A stretch of 64,000 nt of DNA from Alphaproteobacteria bacterium (GTDB lineage: Bacteria; Pseudomonadota; Alphaproteobacteria; Rs-D84): positions 34,834 through 98,833 of the forward strand of contig WRHR01000002.1 of the NCBI GenBank assembly GCA_009783145.1. Direction: 5' to 3'. Under the pieces are notes generated by a model, which did not search any database, had not been told where the DNA came from, and saw nothing but the letters and a program-made list of their open reading frames with translations. Shown here piece after piece: positions 9,215 through 22,157 of this stretch. Numbering within the stretch: position 1 is the first letter of the stretch; each line of letters begins with the position of its first letter. A program made the translations under genes and the position numbers.

Positions 9215-11356
9215 TTACCATTCGTGCGGCACGCATTGCCCGCCTTGGGTTTTGTACCCGTTGAAGCATCTGCATCCGATTTTCACGCATCCGTTCGTAC
9301 CGCCCGAGGTGGAAGTAATGCCATCGGAAGAAATGCCTTCGCAGACCGCGCTATAATCCGAATACGGAGGACACATCACGACGCCGGGGCCCCAGCCCGT
9401 GCCGAAGTCGCGGATAGAGCCTTCGCCATGCACGCCCGGCGTTTCCCGCAGGCAGCTTTCGCGCAACGATGCCGAGCTTTGTCCGCCAACCGCCGTTATG
9501 ACGTTCAGGATTTCCGTCAGCCGGACCACATTGCGGCAGTTATTGATGCTCCAATCCTGCGAGTTATTGCAACTGCCGGTGCTGTCCGGAACATCGATAA
9601 TTCTGCCCGCGCCTTGGCCGCATACCATGGTGTCATAGCAGCTTGGGACCTCCGAGCTCTGCGAGCAATAATTCCTTACGCGCGCCACGGTCCAATTCGG
9701 GTTAGACCGGTTCTGCTGGTCAAAGCAGTCATATATTTCATTGACGCAGTTCTTATAGTTCTCCTTGGCAGTCGCCAATTCGTTCGCCGTGTTCGTCGTT
9801 TCTTCCTGCGCGAACTCCAGACGCTTTTGCTGCAAGTATTGCGTCGCGGCGATCTTCTGATACGCCATGTTCGTCGCTTGCTTTTTCAGCTCTTCCCCAT
9901 ACAGGTCGCAATCCGCGTTCGCGTCCAGCGCATACTTTTGCAGGATGGAACGGCGCGCGTCCGCAACCGGGCGGCGCAAGTTCGCGTACGGGTCGCCGCT
10001 GGACGTCGTATAGCCATAGCACGCCGCGCTGGTGTTGCCGGTATAAGAATTTCCGGGGTTAACGAAGTTCAAATCGGACCCGTCGTTGCTGACGGTGATA
10101 GTGCTGTTAAGATTATACGGCCCGGTGGTGCCGCCGTACGATCCGCACGCTTCATAGATTCCGTTAAAGCAGGAATCCAGAACTCGGTTGCAGACGTTGT
10201 TGTGCCCGTACTGGAACAGCTGGTATCCCCAAAGCCTCGCCAGAAAGTCCGCCGACGTCTCGGTATTGAACAGGTTTATATCCGCCATCTGGCCCACTAT
10301 ATCGCTGACGTTCATGAACGAGTTGAACAAGTTGCCATCGTTGCTGCCCGTGATAACATTGATTTGGTTTATGGTGCTGGCATAGGTCTGCAGGTTCGCC
10401 AAGATATCGGAATCCGCGCCGTTCAGAACGCTCATAAACTCATTGAAGCTGTTCAGCCCCAGCGCGCCGTTGGTGCAGTACGAAGGCGGAGTCGTCGCAT
10501 TGCATGTCTCGCTGTATCCGGCGGTCTGTCCCATCATATGGTTGTTGCACCAGTCGGTCATGTTCTGCCCTGTGGTTTTCGCATCGCGCCAGGATACGCA
10601 GTTCAGGGTCTTTTCCGCATCGGTAAGTTGGAACGCCTCGTTCATGCTCTTGCCCCTGGTCATAATCAGCATAGACAGCTGGCCCGAAACTTTCAGCAAG
10701 TCTTCTTTCGCCTGCTGCAGTTGAGCCTCGACATTGGAAAAGGTCTTTACGCGTCCGGCGCAGGCGCAGCGGCGCTGGCCCGGATTGCGCGCGGTGCAGA
10801 TTTCGTCCATGCAGGTGTAATAAGATTCCAAACAGTTGGCGTAAGCGTCCGCGGAAATCAAGCCCGTGGTCGGATCTATTATGTTGGAATAAGTTCCCGT
10901 ATACAGCCTGTTCTGCAACAAGGTGTTCGAAGCGCTGACTCCGGCGCTGGCGCGGATCGGCACATCTCTCAGCGATATGCGCGCCTGGCTCGCGCCCGCC
11001 GGCATTGTTGCGGTACGCGCGGTGACACTGCGCGCCGGACTGCCGGGACGCGTCACTACATTTCTGGGGGTCGCGGCTGAAGCGGCATTCCCGCGCTGCG
11101 CCACGCCGCGCGAGGTCTGGCCGGTTGCTGCCGTGCCTCGGCTGGTCCCGGTTGTCGCGCCGGCTTTCGCCGCCGCCGATGTCGTTTGGGCACGTCCGGT
11201 GCGATTGTTCGCGGCGCCCGAGCGCCCGGACTGCGCGGCCGCAGTGGTCTGCGCAGGCACTGTCTGGTCGTACCCGGCAATCGGATCACCCAACGCTGGC
11301 AACGCAAAAGCGGCGCAAAGCGCAAACGCAAAGTATACAAAAAACCGGCTTTTCAT
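9215..11356 (-). CDS. Large secreted Cys-rich protein A (paralog of B)
   Basis: 713 aa, signal peptide MKSRFFVYFAFALCAAFALPALG; 4-bp overlap with downstream paralog suggests an operon. Confidence 0.6.
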   Translation of the reverse strand: MKSRFFVYFAFALCAAFALPALGDPIAGYDQTVPAQTTAAAQSGRSGAANNRTGRAQTTSAAAKAGATTGTSRGTAATGQTSRGVAQRGNAASAATPRNVVTRPGSPARSVTARTATMPAGASQARISLRDVPIRASAGVSASNTLLQNRLYTGTYSNIIDPTTGLISADAYANCLESYYTCMDEICTARNPGQRRCACAGRVKTFSNVEAQLQQAKEDLLKVSGQLSMLIMTRGKSMNEAFQLTDAEKTLNCVSWRDAKTTGQNMTDWCNNHMMGQTAGYSETCNATTPPSYCTNGALGLNSFNEFMSVLNGADSDILANLQTYASTINQINVITGSNDGNLFNSFMNVSDIVGQMADINLFNTETSADFLARLWGYQLFQYGHNNVCNRVLDSCFNGIYEACGSYGGTTGPYNLNSTITVSNDGSDLNFVNPGNSYTGNTSAACYGYTTSSGDPYANLRRPVADARRSILQKYALDANADCDLYGEELKKQATNMAYQKIAATQYLQQKRLEFAQEETTNTANELATAKENYKNCVNEIYDCFDQQNRSNPNWTVARVRNYCSQSSEVPSCYDTMVCGQGAGRIIDVPDSTGSCNNSQDWSINNCRNVVRLTEILNVITAVGGQSSASLRESCLRETPGVHGEGSIRDFGTGWGPGVVMCPPYSDYSAVCEGISSDGITSTSGGTNGCVKIGCRCFNGYKTQGGQCVPHEW

Positions 11357-11421
11357 AAAAAACCCCTTCCCTATATTCGTTTTATTATATCATAAAAACT
11401 AACTGAGTGAAAGCGTTATCA

Positions 11422-11508
11422 ATGACTAATGACCAATGACTAATGTTTAATGACCAATATAAGCGCCCATTAGTCATTCGTCATTTATCATTGGTCATTA
11501 GTCATTAA
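11422..11508. repeat. Heptamer-array hairpin element, family B (second copy)
   Basis: caatgactaatgaccaatgactaatg ... cattagtcattcgtcatttatcattggtcattagtcatt. Confidence 0.8.
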
Positions 11509-11536
11509 AAAATCGCCGCGAATACGGCGATTTTAT
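11509..11536 (-). terminator. Intrinsic terminator (aatcgccg-cgaata-cggcgatt + U-tract on minus)
   Basis: Hairpin plus T-run directly after the stop of 11537-11965. Confidence 0.55.
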
Positions 11537-11965
11537 TTACTCTTCGTCATTCGTTCCGACGACCTCTTCAATTTCTATCTTGCTTGCTTTCCATTCGGAT
11601 TTTTTAGCCTCGCATTTCTCGCCTCTATCGCCTTCTTTGGCGTCGCAATTCCATTCTTTTTTCATGCCGTCTTTTTTATCTTTCCATTTGGCTTTTTCCC
11701 CGGCTTTTTTATCCTTCCATTCTTTCTTCTTGCCTTCTTTTTTAGCTTTCATTTCGGCTTTCTTGGCATCTTTCGTACCTTTGCATTCCGTCTTTATGCT
11801 TTCGCGTTCTTGGGTCGCCTCTTCCGTGCCGGTGTACGATTTATCGGTAATCTCTACTGTCGCCGGCTCCTTTTTCTTGCCCAGGAAATCAAACATGCCG
11901 GCACTTGCCGCCGATATACCGATAACCAAAGCCAACCCCGAAATCATAACTTTTCTCATAAGCAA
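11537..11965 (-). CDS. Small secreted Lys/Glu-rich repeat protein (EWKDKKAGEKAKWKDKKDGMKKEW)
   Basis: 142 aa, signal peptide, internal K/E repeats with spaced Trp and Cys. Confidence 0.4.
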   Translation of the reverse strand: MLMRKVMISGLALVIGISAASAGMFDFLGKKKEPATVEITDKSYTGTEEATQERESIKTECKGTKDAKKAEMKAKKEGKKKEWKDKKAGEKAKWKDKKDGMKKEWNCDAKEGDRGEKCEAKKSEWKASKIEIEEVVGTNDEE

Positions 11966-12024
11966 TCTCCTTTCTGCTGTTGCTGAAGCACTCTAGCATT
12001 AATCGCTAAAAATGAAAAGCTGTT

Positions 12025-12237
12025 TTATCTGCCAAAGCCGAGTTCTTTTAACTCTTTCTTATATTTTTGAAAGTTCGGGCATTTTGACTGGTCGCAGCCG
12101 GCGCTCCAGAACCCGCAAGTTTCGCAGGGATTCCGGGGGCGCTGTAAATGGGCTGAGCCCGGCGGGGGGCCAAATTCCGACATTCTCGTTTCTTTTGTTA
12201 GAAGCATCAAAGACTGTAATAAAAAATTTCGCGACAT
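12025..12237 (-). CDS. Possible small Cys-rich zinc-binding protein (CETCGFWSAGCDQSKCPNF)
   Basis: 70-aa ORF, CxxC...C...C spacing; weak. Confidence 0.2.
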   Translation of the reverse strand: MSRNFLLQSLMLLTKETRMSEFGPPPGSAHLQRPRNPCETCGFWSAGCDQSKCPNFQKYKKELKELGFGR

Positions 12238-12440
12238 GCATCAGGAAAGGATTCAACCGCCCATTTTGCCGATATTATGAACATTTTCATACAACTATAA
12301 AGAGATGGACGCAAAATAAACAACCAATATTAGTTAGGAATAATTGCGTACAATTGTAAGTTGTATCTTTCCAACAATTCGCGCGCAGGATTTGTTTTAG
12401 CCCTCAAAACATGGTACAATAGCATCAAAAGGAGGGGGCT

Positions 12441-12716
12441 ATGAGCTACTTAACAATAATCCGCAATATAAGAAACACATTATTCAAAGTATTTTTGATA
12501 AACATTTTGTTTGTTATCGTATTTTGGGTATTCGCGATGCTGGATCTGATGCAGTACTTTATATGGGCGCTGCCCGGCTGGACATTGGAAATGACCAATG
12601 ATTATATCATATGGCTGATCGGGCTTATAGAAGTTGTAAACCTTGTTCTGTTCCTGGCGCCGACCTTGGCGCTGAGCTGGGAAATCGGCCGCGTAAAGCC
12701 GAAGAAAAAGAAATAA
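12441..12716 (+). CDS. Small membrane protein (2-3 TM)
   Basis: 91 aa hydrophobic; aggagggggct SD 6 nt upstream of ATG. Confidence 0.35.
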   Translation: MSYLTIIRNIRNTLFKVFLINILFVIVFWVFAMLDLMQYFIWALPGWTLEMTNDYIIWLIGLIEVVNLVLFLAPTLALSWEIGRVKPKKKK

Positions 12717-12747
12717 AAATTCCGCCGGATGGCGGGATTTTTATTCT

Positions 12748-13158
12748 TTATTTTTTTCTTTCGCCATATTGTTCCATCAACTGTTTGTCTATAGTCCTCC
12801 TTGCCGCGCTTCGCAATGCAAGCCATAATTTATACTTGTCGCAGTCGCATTCTCTCGGATCGCAATTCCTGCAATTTTTATGAGAACCGCAGCCGATTTT
12901 ATCCTCAATATCCACATTGGAAATACGCTGAACGGCGCGGCACACAGTATCGGCAATTTTACTACCCTTCTTTCCGCCCGCTTCTTGGCCAAGATAAGCT
13001 TCATCAAGACGCTTTGCGTCATCGAAATAACCGGCAGGCATTGTTTCTGCCCATTCTGCATTTGTTAACTTATCCCCGTCGTTATTAAACATAGCATTTC
13101 TCTTTTTTCCCCGCCAAAAACTCTCTTCCGTTAAACCTGGGCTGATTGTACAATACAT
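12748..13158 (-). CDS. Hypothetical protein with C-terminal Cys cluster (CGSHKNCRNCDPRECDCDKY)
   Basis: 136-aa ORF. Confidence 0.3.
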   Translation of the reverse strand: MYCTISPGLTEESFWRGKKRNAMFNNDGDKLTNAEWAETMPAGYFDDAKRLDEAYLGQEAGGKKGSKIADTVCRAVQRISNVDIEDKIGCGSHKNCRNCDPRECDCDKYKLWLALRSAARRTIDKQLMEQYGERKK

Positions 13159-13180
13159 AAGAAGCTTGTCAAGTTTTATA

Positions 13181-13207
13181 AAAAAATCCCGCTATGAAAG
13201 CGGGATA
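13181..13207 (-). terminator. Native rrn operon intrinsic terminator (aucccgcuuucauagcgggau + U7 on minus strand)
   Basis: Classic stem plus U-tract; lies just beyond a degenerate copy (13225-13258) of the 23S-5S spacer hairpin. Confidence 0.6.
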
Positions 13208-13258
13208 ATATTGTCGGTTTTTATGCTTGTCCGCCGAAGCCTTGGCGAAAGCGGATTA

Positions 13259-13284
13259 ACAGAAATTGGTTCTGGCGACGACCT
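13259..13284. repeat. 26-bp direct repeat = duplicated 3' end of the 5S rRNA gene (right junction of the inserted cassette)
   Basis: acagaaattggttctggcgacgacct identical to 15868-15893. Confidence 0.9.
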
Positions 13285-13286
13285 GG

Positions 13287-13889
13287 TTATGCACTCATAA
13301 TACTATCCACCAATTTATGGATTCCAGCAAGCTTAGACGCCTCATACTCCTTGCCATCCGCATTGCTAAGCCCCCAGCTCCTGGCCGTATCTTGTGCCAA
13401 TTCATACCTTTTCATCATGTCCTCGAAGTTAAACTTTGCTCCATCACTATGGTCATACCCAGGCATTATTTCTTCTAGCTTCTTTTGGCACTGATGTCTT
13501 GTCGTTGGGATATCAGAAGGCGGAACATAATGTGATAACGCCCATGCTTCTATACACGGCGTATTCAATGCTATTTGTACTTTTGGCCTATTGGCAACCG
13601 AATTGCTTTCCTTTGCCTTTTGATATGCCAGTCTTACTCTTTCCGCTTTATCATCGTGATCAAACACGCACCAATATTCTACGCTTTTCTCTATTCGCTT
13701 ATCTTTGACAAAAGATACCATTCCCTCAACAATCTTCAATGGATCCGTATGCTTGTGGGGTTGAATTTGAAGCATACATCTTGGATTTAATTTACTAATC
13801 GCATCCAAATACCTTGGTTCGGAATTCACTCCCTCACAAATCACATATACTGTTTTGGTAATCAAAGGTCTACTTGGCGGGCATCTCAT
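13287..13889 (-). CDS. RloB-like protein (AbiLii-like component)
   Basis: N-terminal VYVICEGVNSEPRYL matches the RloB (vICEGxtEpnYf) signature; 20-bp overlap with the upstream ATPase gene. Confidence 0.6.
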   Translation of the reverse strand: MRCPPSRPLITKTVYVICEGVNSEPRYLDAISKLNPRCMLQIQPHKHTDPLKIVEGMVSFVKDKRIEKSVEYWCVFDHDDKAERVRLAYQKAKESNSVANRPKVQIALNTPCIEAWALSHYVPPSDIPTTRHQCQKKLEEIMPGYDHSDGAKFNFEDMMKRYELAQDTARSWGLSNADGKEYEASKLAGIHKLVDSIMSA

Positions 13890-15192
13890 CCGTATTCTCC
13901 GCAGATTTTACACCATCCAAAAAGAGATGCGCCCCTAAAAAGGGAATTGCACCATATACGCCATTCAGATACCCTCTTTCCACATCTTTGTCTTTGCGGG
14001 GGGCAAAATCTGCCAACGAATATAATTTCGAGGAATGGTCAAAATCTTTTTTTACAAACCAAATTTCATCATCACGCCATATATCCTGAATATCCATTAG
14101 CAGCGTGTTATGCAAAGATACCAATATTTGTGAACCATTTTTATTATCTGCCAATAATTGCTGCAATAAGCGCTTTACAATGAACGGATGCAGAGAGCTA
14201 TCAAACTCATCAATTATCAATAAAGCGCCTTTTTGATAATTTTTAAAGTTATATAACGCCAAAGCAAGATGTATTAGCCTATTCGTCCCGGTAGATAGTT
14301 CTGACAACTCAAAATACTCGTTCTCGACTTTGATTTTCAACTTCTCTCCTTTCGCCTTTCCAGATGCAACATCAAATGTAAAAACATAGTAGTCTTCACC
14401 ATCCATATATGATAGAGCATCGCCGAATTTTACAGGTGTCGTATATTTGGACGGCTTACTCTTTAACAATTCATTTGTTAAATCATCTGAAATTTTTACA
14501 AATTCCGCGCACTGAATACCAACATCGGATTCTTGCAATAACCTATTTAAAAATTCGGGAAAACTACTCTGTGTGTTATAAACATTATAGAATGACGACA
14601 TCTTGACCTTGGTCTTATCGTTGAAAAGCAATATGGCCCCAAAAAATTCATATAAATTTTCTATATGATCTCTATACGACCAATCAATGCTATTGAGGCC
14701 GTCAGTATCTAATTTGCGAATATAAGACATTCGATCCGCAACGGTTTTATTTTCTCTCGACCAATTTCCACCACATTCGACCTTGCCTTTTGAGCGACGA
14801 AATATCAATTCAGTTTGCGAGTCGTCTTTTATCAGTTCAAATTTCTCACTAACAAATTCCGCAGGTCTGATCTTCATTTCATACAAATACTTTTTGTTGC
14901 TCCATATAAAGCTGATTTTAAAAACCGATTCGTTATTTTCGGAAAATCTGAATTGGCTTGCCTTTACATTCAACGAAGAAATATCATCCATTTCTATCAA
15001 CAAACTTAACCAGCTCAATGAATTCATAAAATTTGATTTTCCGCTCGCATTTGCACCATAAATTACTGCTCCTGATAAGTATTCATCTGAGACAATATGG
15101 TCCAAGTGTTGTCTGCTGCCGGTTTTTTCAAAACTAATCTCTTGTTCGGAATCAAACGAGCCAAAATTTGACACGGAATATTTCACAAGCAT
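13870..15192 (-). CDS. AAA_21-type ATPase (AbiLi-like / RloA-like component)
   Basis: Walker A GANASGKSNFMNSL, Walker B LLIIDEFDSSLHP typical of AAA_21. Confidence 0.7.
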   Translation of the reverse strand: MLVKYSVSNFGSFDSEQEISFEKTGSRQHLDHIVSDEYLSGAVIYGANASGKSNFMNSLSWLSLLIEMDDISSLNVKASQFRFSENNESVFKISFIWSNKKYLYEMKIRPAEFVSEKFELIKDDSQTELIFRRSKGKVECGGNWSRENKTVADRMSYIRKLDTDGLNSIDWSYRDHIENLYEFFGAILLFNDKTKVKMSSFYNVYNTQSSFPEFLNRLLQESDVGIQCAEFVKISDDLTNELLKSKPSKYTTPVKFGDALSYMDGEDYYVFTFDVASGKAKGEKLKIKVENEYFELSELSTGTNRLIHLALALYNFKNYQKGALLIIDEFDSSLHPFIVKRLLQQLLADNKNGSQILVSLHNTLLMDIQDIWRDDEIWFVKKDFDHSSKLYSLADFAPRKDKDVERGYLNGVYGAIPFLGAHLFLDGVKSAENTDEMPAK

Positions 15193-15487
15193 GATTAACC
15201 CCTTTTATAAAAACTTCGTAAGTTTATCTTAATCGTTACACCAATGTCCGAAAAAATCAAGCAGAAAATACGATAAAGTCGCAAAAAAACAAACACTCTT
15301 GCTATTCTCGATTTTTTCGCATTCTTTATTTGACTTTTCCGTAATAGTGTTGTATAATAAAAAAGAATCACCCGAAATGGATGATTCTTCCAAAACCGGA
15401 ATCAACAAATGGCAACTCAATTTCGGCTTAAAGCACCCTGATTATGCCATAAGATGATTCTTAAAACAACAGGTATTTTGACCACAT

Positions 15488-15826
15488 GTGCAAAATACCG
15501 CATACCAAAAACAAAGGATTTATCTAATGGTATATGTAATTAATGCAACCGGCAATTATCCAAAAGATTGCCCGCCTCAATACGATTCTTGGATCGATTA
15601 CTGGATAAAAAAACGCGGCCTGATACCCGAGTGGTGTAGACACTGCAAAACGAACACGAAAGAATTAGATGGCGGCCATGTACGAATTGTAGAACAGGGC
15701 CCGGACGGAAAATGGTATTATAAAGGCGAAACCTTGTATATCGTCCCGATTTGTCGCGGATGCAATAATCCTAACAACCAAGAAATTTTCTCAGTATCAG
15801 AAACAGACTTGGTTCCTGTACCATAA
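15488..15826 (+). CDS. Small HNH-like (bba-Me) zinc-finger nuclease candidate
   Basis: CRHC ... LDGGHV ... N ... IVPICRGCN spacing resembles CxxC-H-N-CxxC HNH cores. Confidence 0.4.
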   Translation: MQNTAYQKQRIYLMVYVINATGNYPKDCPPQYDSWIDYWIKKRGLIPEWCRHCKTNTKELDGGHVRIVEQGPDGKWYYKGETLYIVPICRGCNNPNNQEIFSVSETDLVPVP

Positions 15827-15829
15827 AAA

Positions 15830-15853
15830 ACGCCCCAAAAGGGGCGTTTAATT
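15830..15853. terminator. Bidirectional intrinsic terminator (aaacgcccc-aaaa-ggggcgttt), now terminating 5S/rrn on minus
   Basis: Perfect hairpin with A-run one side and T-run the other. Confidence 0.65.
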
Positions 15854-15876
15854 CGGTTTTTATGTTTTACAGAAAT

Positions 15877-15995
15877 TGGTTCTGGCGACGACCTACTCTT
15901 CCGTGGCTTAAGCCAAAGTACCATTGGCGATGCAGGGTTTCCCTGTCTGGTTCGGGATGGAACAGAGGGTGGCTCCCGCTCAATAATCACCAGAA
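15877..15995 (-). rRNA. rrf: 5S ribosomal RNA
   Basis: ...CCAUCCCGAACCAGACAGGGAAACCCUGCAUCGCCAAUGGUACU...GGAAGAGUAGGUCGUCGCCAG; flanked by 16-nt inverted processing arms 15870-15885 / 15989-16004. Confidence 0.85.
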
Positions 15996-16155
15996 CCAAT
16001 TTCTGCGCTTGTCCGCCGTAGCTTTAGCGAAGGCGGAAACATCGTAATTCAAAATATCAAAGAATCCATTCTTTCAACATACTCTTCAAGCATTCTGTTT
16101 GATTTCACGGCGCGCGAGGCGTCATGAAATCAAACAAAGATAAAAAGTCGATCAT

Positions 16156-19027
<2,872 letters not shown>

Positions 19028-19062
19028 TTTATCCAATGCTTGAAGAGTAGGTCGTAACGCGA

Positions 19063-19170
19063 GACGCGAGACACGAAACGCGAAAAAACCAACTGCTTCA
19101 AATTTGGTAAAATAACTTGAATGAGCTATAATCGCACGCGTCACGCATCTCGCGTTTCGCGTCTCGATTT
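19063..19170. repeat. Heptamer-array hairpin in the tRNA-23S spacer: (cgcgaga)x2(cacgaaa)(cgcgaaa) / inverted (tctcgcg)(tttcgcg)(tctcg)
   Basis: cgcgagacgcgagacacgaaacgcgaaaa ... cgtcacgcatctcgcgtttcgcgtctcg. Confidence 0.7.
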
Positions 19171-19603
19171 TCAGCAGTTGTAAGTTGATTCTTGTTCTTT
19201 GAATTGAATTTCATCGCGACGCAACCCGGGCCCTGAAAAAATCATAGATTTTTTTGGGTGGGAATTCGCGACGATACTTCTATTTTCAGAAAGATATTTT
19301 GAGATTATTACGATGTCTATTTAGTAGCTAGAAGCTACTAAACAAACACAAAAACCGATTCACAATATAAAGCAGATTCACATATGCGAACATATGGAAT
19401 CATTGGTAAATTCCGGGTTCGCACCGAGATGCGAACACGGGCTTGTCCGAAGACAAACAATTTACCAATGATTCCAACCTCATCAAAAAATAATACCAAA
19501 CTTGAACAGTCCCCCTTCGCGCTTTGCGCTTCGGGCGACACTCCTTCGCCTTCGCTGCTCGGCTTGGGTGGCTTGCCACCCGAAGCCTCGCAGAGGCGAA
19601 GGG

Positions 19604-19680
19604 TGGTGGGTCAGGAAGAACTCGAATCTTCGACCTCCGCTGTATCAGAGCGGCATTCTAACCAACTGAACTACTGACCC
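19604..19680 (-). tRNA. tRNA-Ile (anticodon GAU), CCA encoded
   Basis: Cloverleaf; anticodon loop CUGAUAC. Confidence 0.85.
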
Positions 19681-19685
19681 AAACT

Positions 19686-19761
19686 TGGTGGAGCCAATCG
19701 GACTCGAACCGACGACATCCACGTTGCAAACGTGGCGCTCTACCAGCTGAGCTATGACCCC
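19686..19761 (-). tRNA. tRNA-Ala (anticodon UGC), CCA encoded
   Basis: GGGGUCAUAGCUCAGCUGGUAGAGCGCCACGUUUGCAACGUGGAUGUCGUCGGUUCGAGUCCGAUUGGCUCCACCA. Confidence 0.9.
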
Positions 19762-19889
19762 GAAACAAACTCTGGGGACAACAATGGTTAAAAATTTGCT
19801 TTGCTGATACCAAAGTTTCTTCATCTTGTAAAGGGATGTTCAGACAGTCGTTTGGATTAATGACACTTCGTGAGAAGTGTTTTATCTAT

Positions 19890-21585
<1,696 letters not shown>

Positions 21586-21939
21586 TTAGAAAACTTGTTT
21601 GTTTGTCCGTGCACTAAACTAAACTGACATTGAATGTTAGTTCGTTTTACTATTTCGCAAGACAAGTATTTTAACGAGGCCACAAAATTTTGTAACCTAC
21701 TACCTGTCTAGGATATGCACTATGACAATTGTCAAAGTTTGGATTTTCCCAAATTCAACTGTCTGCACATCCCTTCTTTTTATGATTTGTATTTTGCAAC
21801 GCAAAACACCCATCATAAATCTTGATGAGCTGCTTTATTCACAATGTTGCGATTTTTCCTGGGACAACGAATCGTGTTGTTTCCATAAAACCGCAGAATT
21901 TCAGGGGTTGAAGCTTTTGTTCCAACTTGAAAGCCCGCA

Positions 21940-21969
21940 TAATATAAAGTGTTTTTATGAAAATGTCAA
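21940..21969 (-). promoter_or_regulatory. Candidate rrn P1 sigma-70 promoter (TTGACA - 16/17 nt - TATATT) with AT-rich UP region
   Basis: Minus-strand reading ccccTTGACAttttcataaaaacactTTATATTATgcggg, about 360 nt upstream of 16S. Confidence 0.5.
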
Positions 21970-22127
21970 GGGGAAAATTAAAAATATTTTCTGCGGCACC
22001 CTGCGGGAAACTAACGAAAAATGCATTTTTCTGTCTATACATGCCCGTTTTGTAAATCATCTTATACAAAACTGCGTTTTTTACCCGCAAATTCGCTATT
22101 AAAAAAATTTTGCATAGCAAAACTTGA

Positions 22128-22152
22128 TTATAAAAAATCCCGCAAAAGCGGG
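22128..22152. terminator. Intrinsic terminator (aaaatcccgc-aaaa-gcgggatttt)
   Basis: Perfect hairpin with flanking A/T runs after the stop of 22158-23060. Confidence 0.65.
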
Positions 22153-22157
22153 ATTTT

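Noticed and set aside
7380-11080. Very long plus-strand ORFs (7380-9356, 9224-11080) antisense to the Cys-rich protein genes
   Set aside because: Arg/Ala/Gly-rich, no start context. They are shadow ORFs of GC-rich coding sequence on the opposite strand
13259-13284. Possible second or partial 5S rRNA gene
   Set aside because: Only 26 nt of the 5S 3' end are present. This is a target-site duplication, not a pseudogene
19120-19145. TTGAAT-gagc-TATAAT as a promoter in the tRNA-23S spacer
   Set aside because: The 4-nt spacer is incompatible with a sigma-70 promoter
21722-22120. ORFs 21722-22102 (+) and 21839-22120 (-) upstream of 16S
   Set aside because: AT-rich rrn leader/promoter region with no start context. 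More likely non-coding
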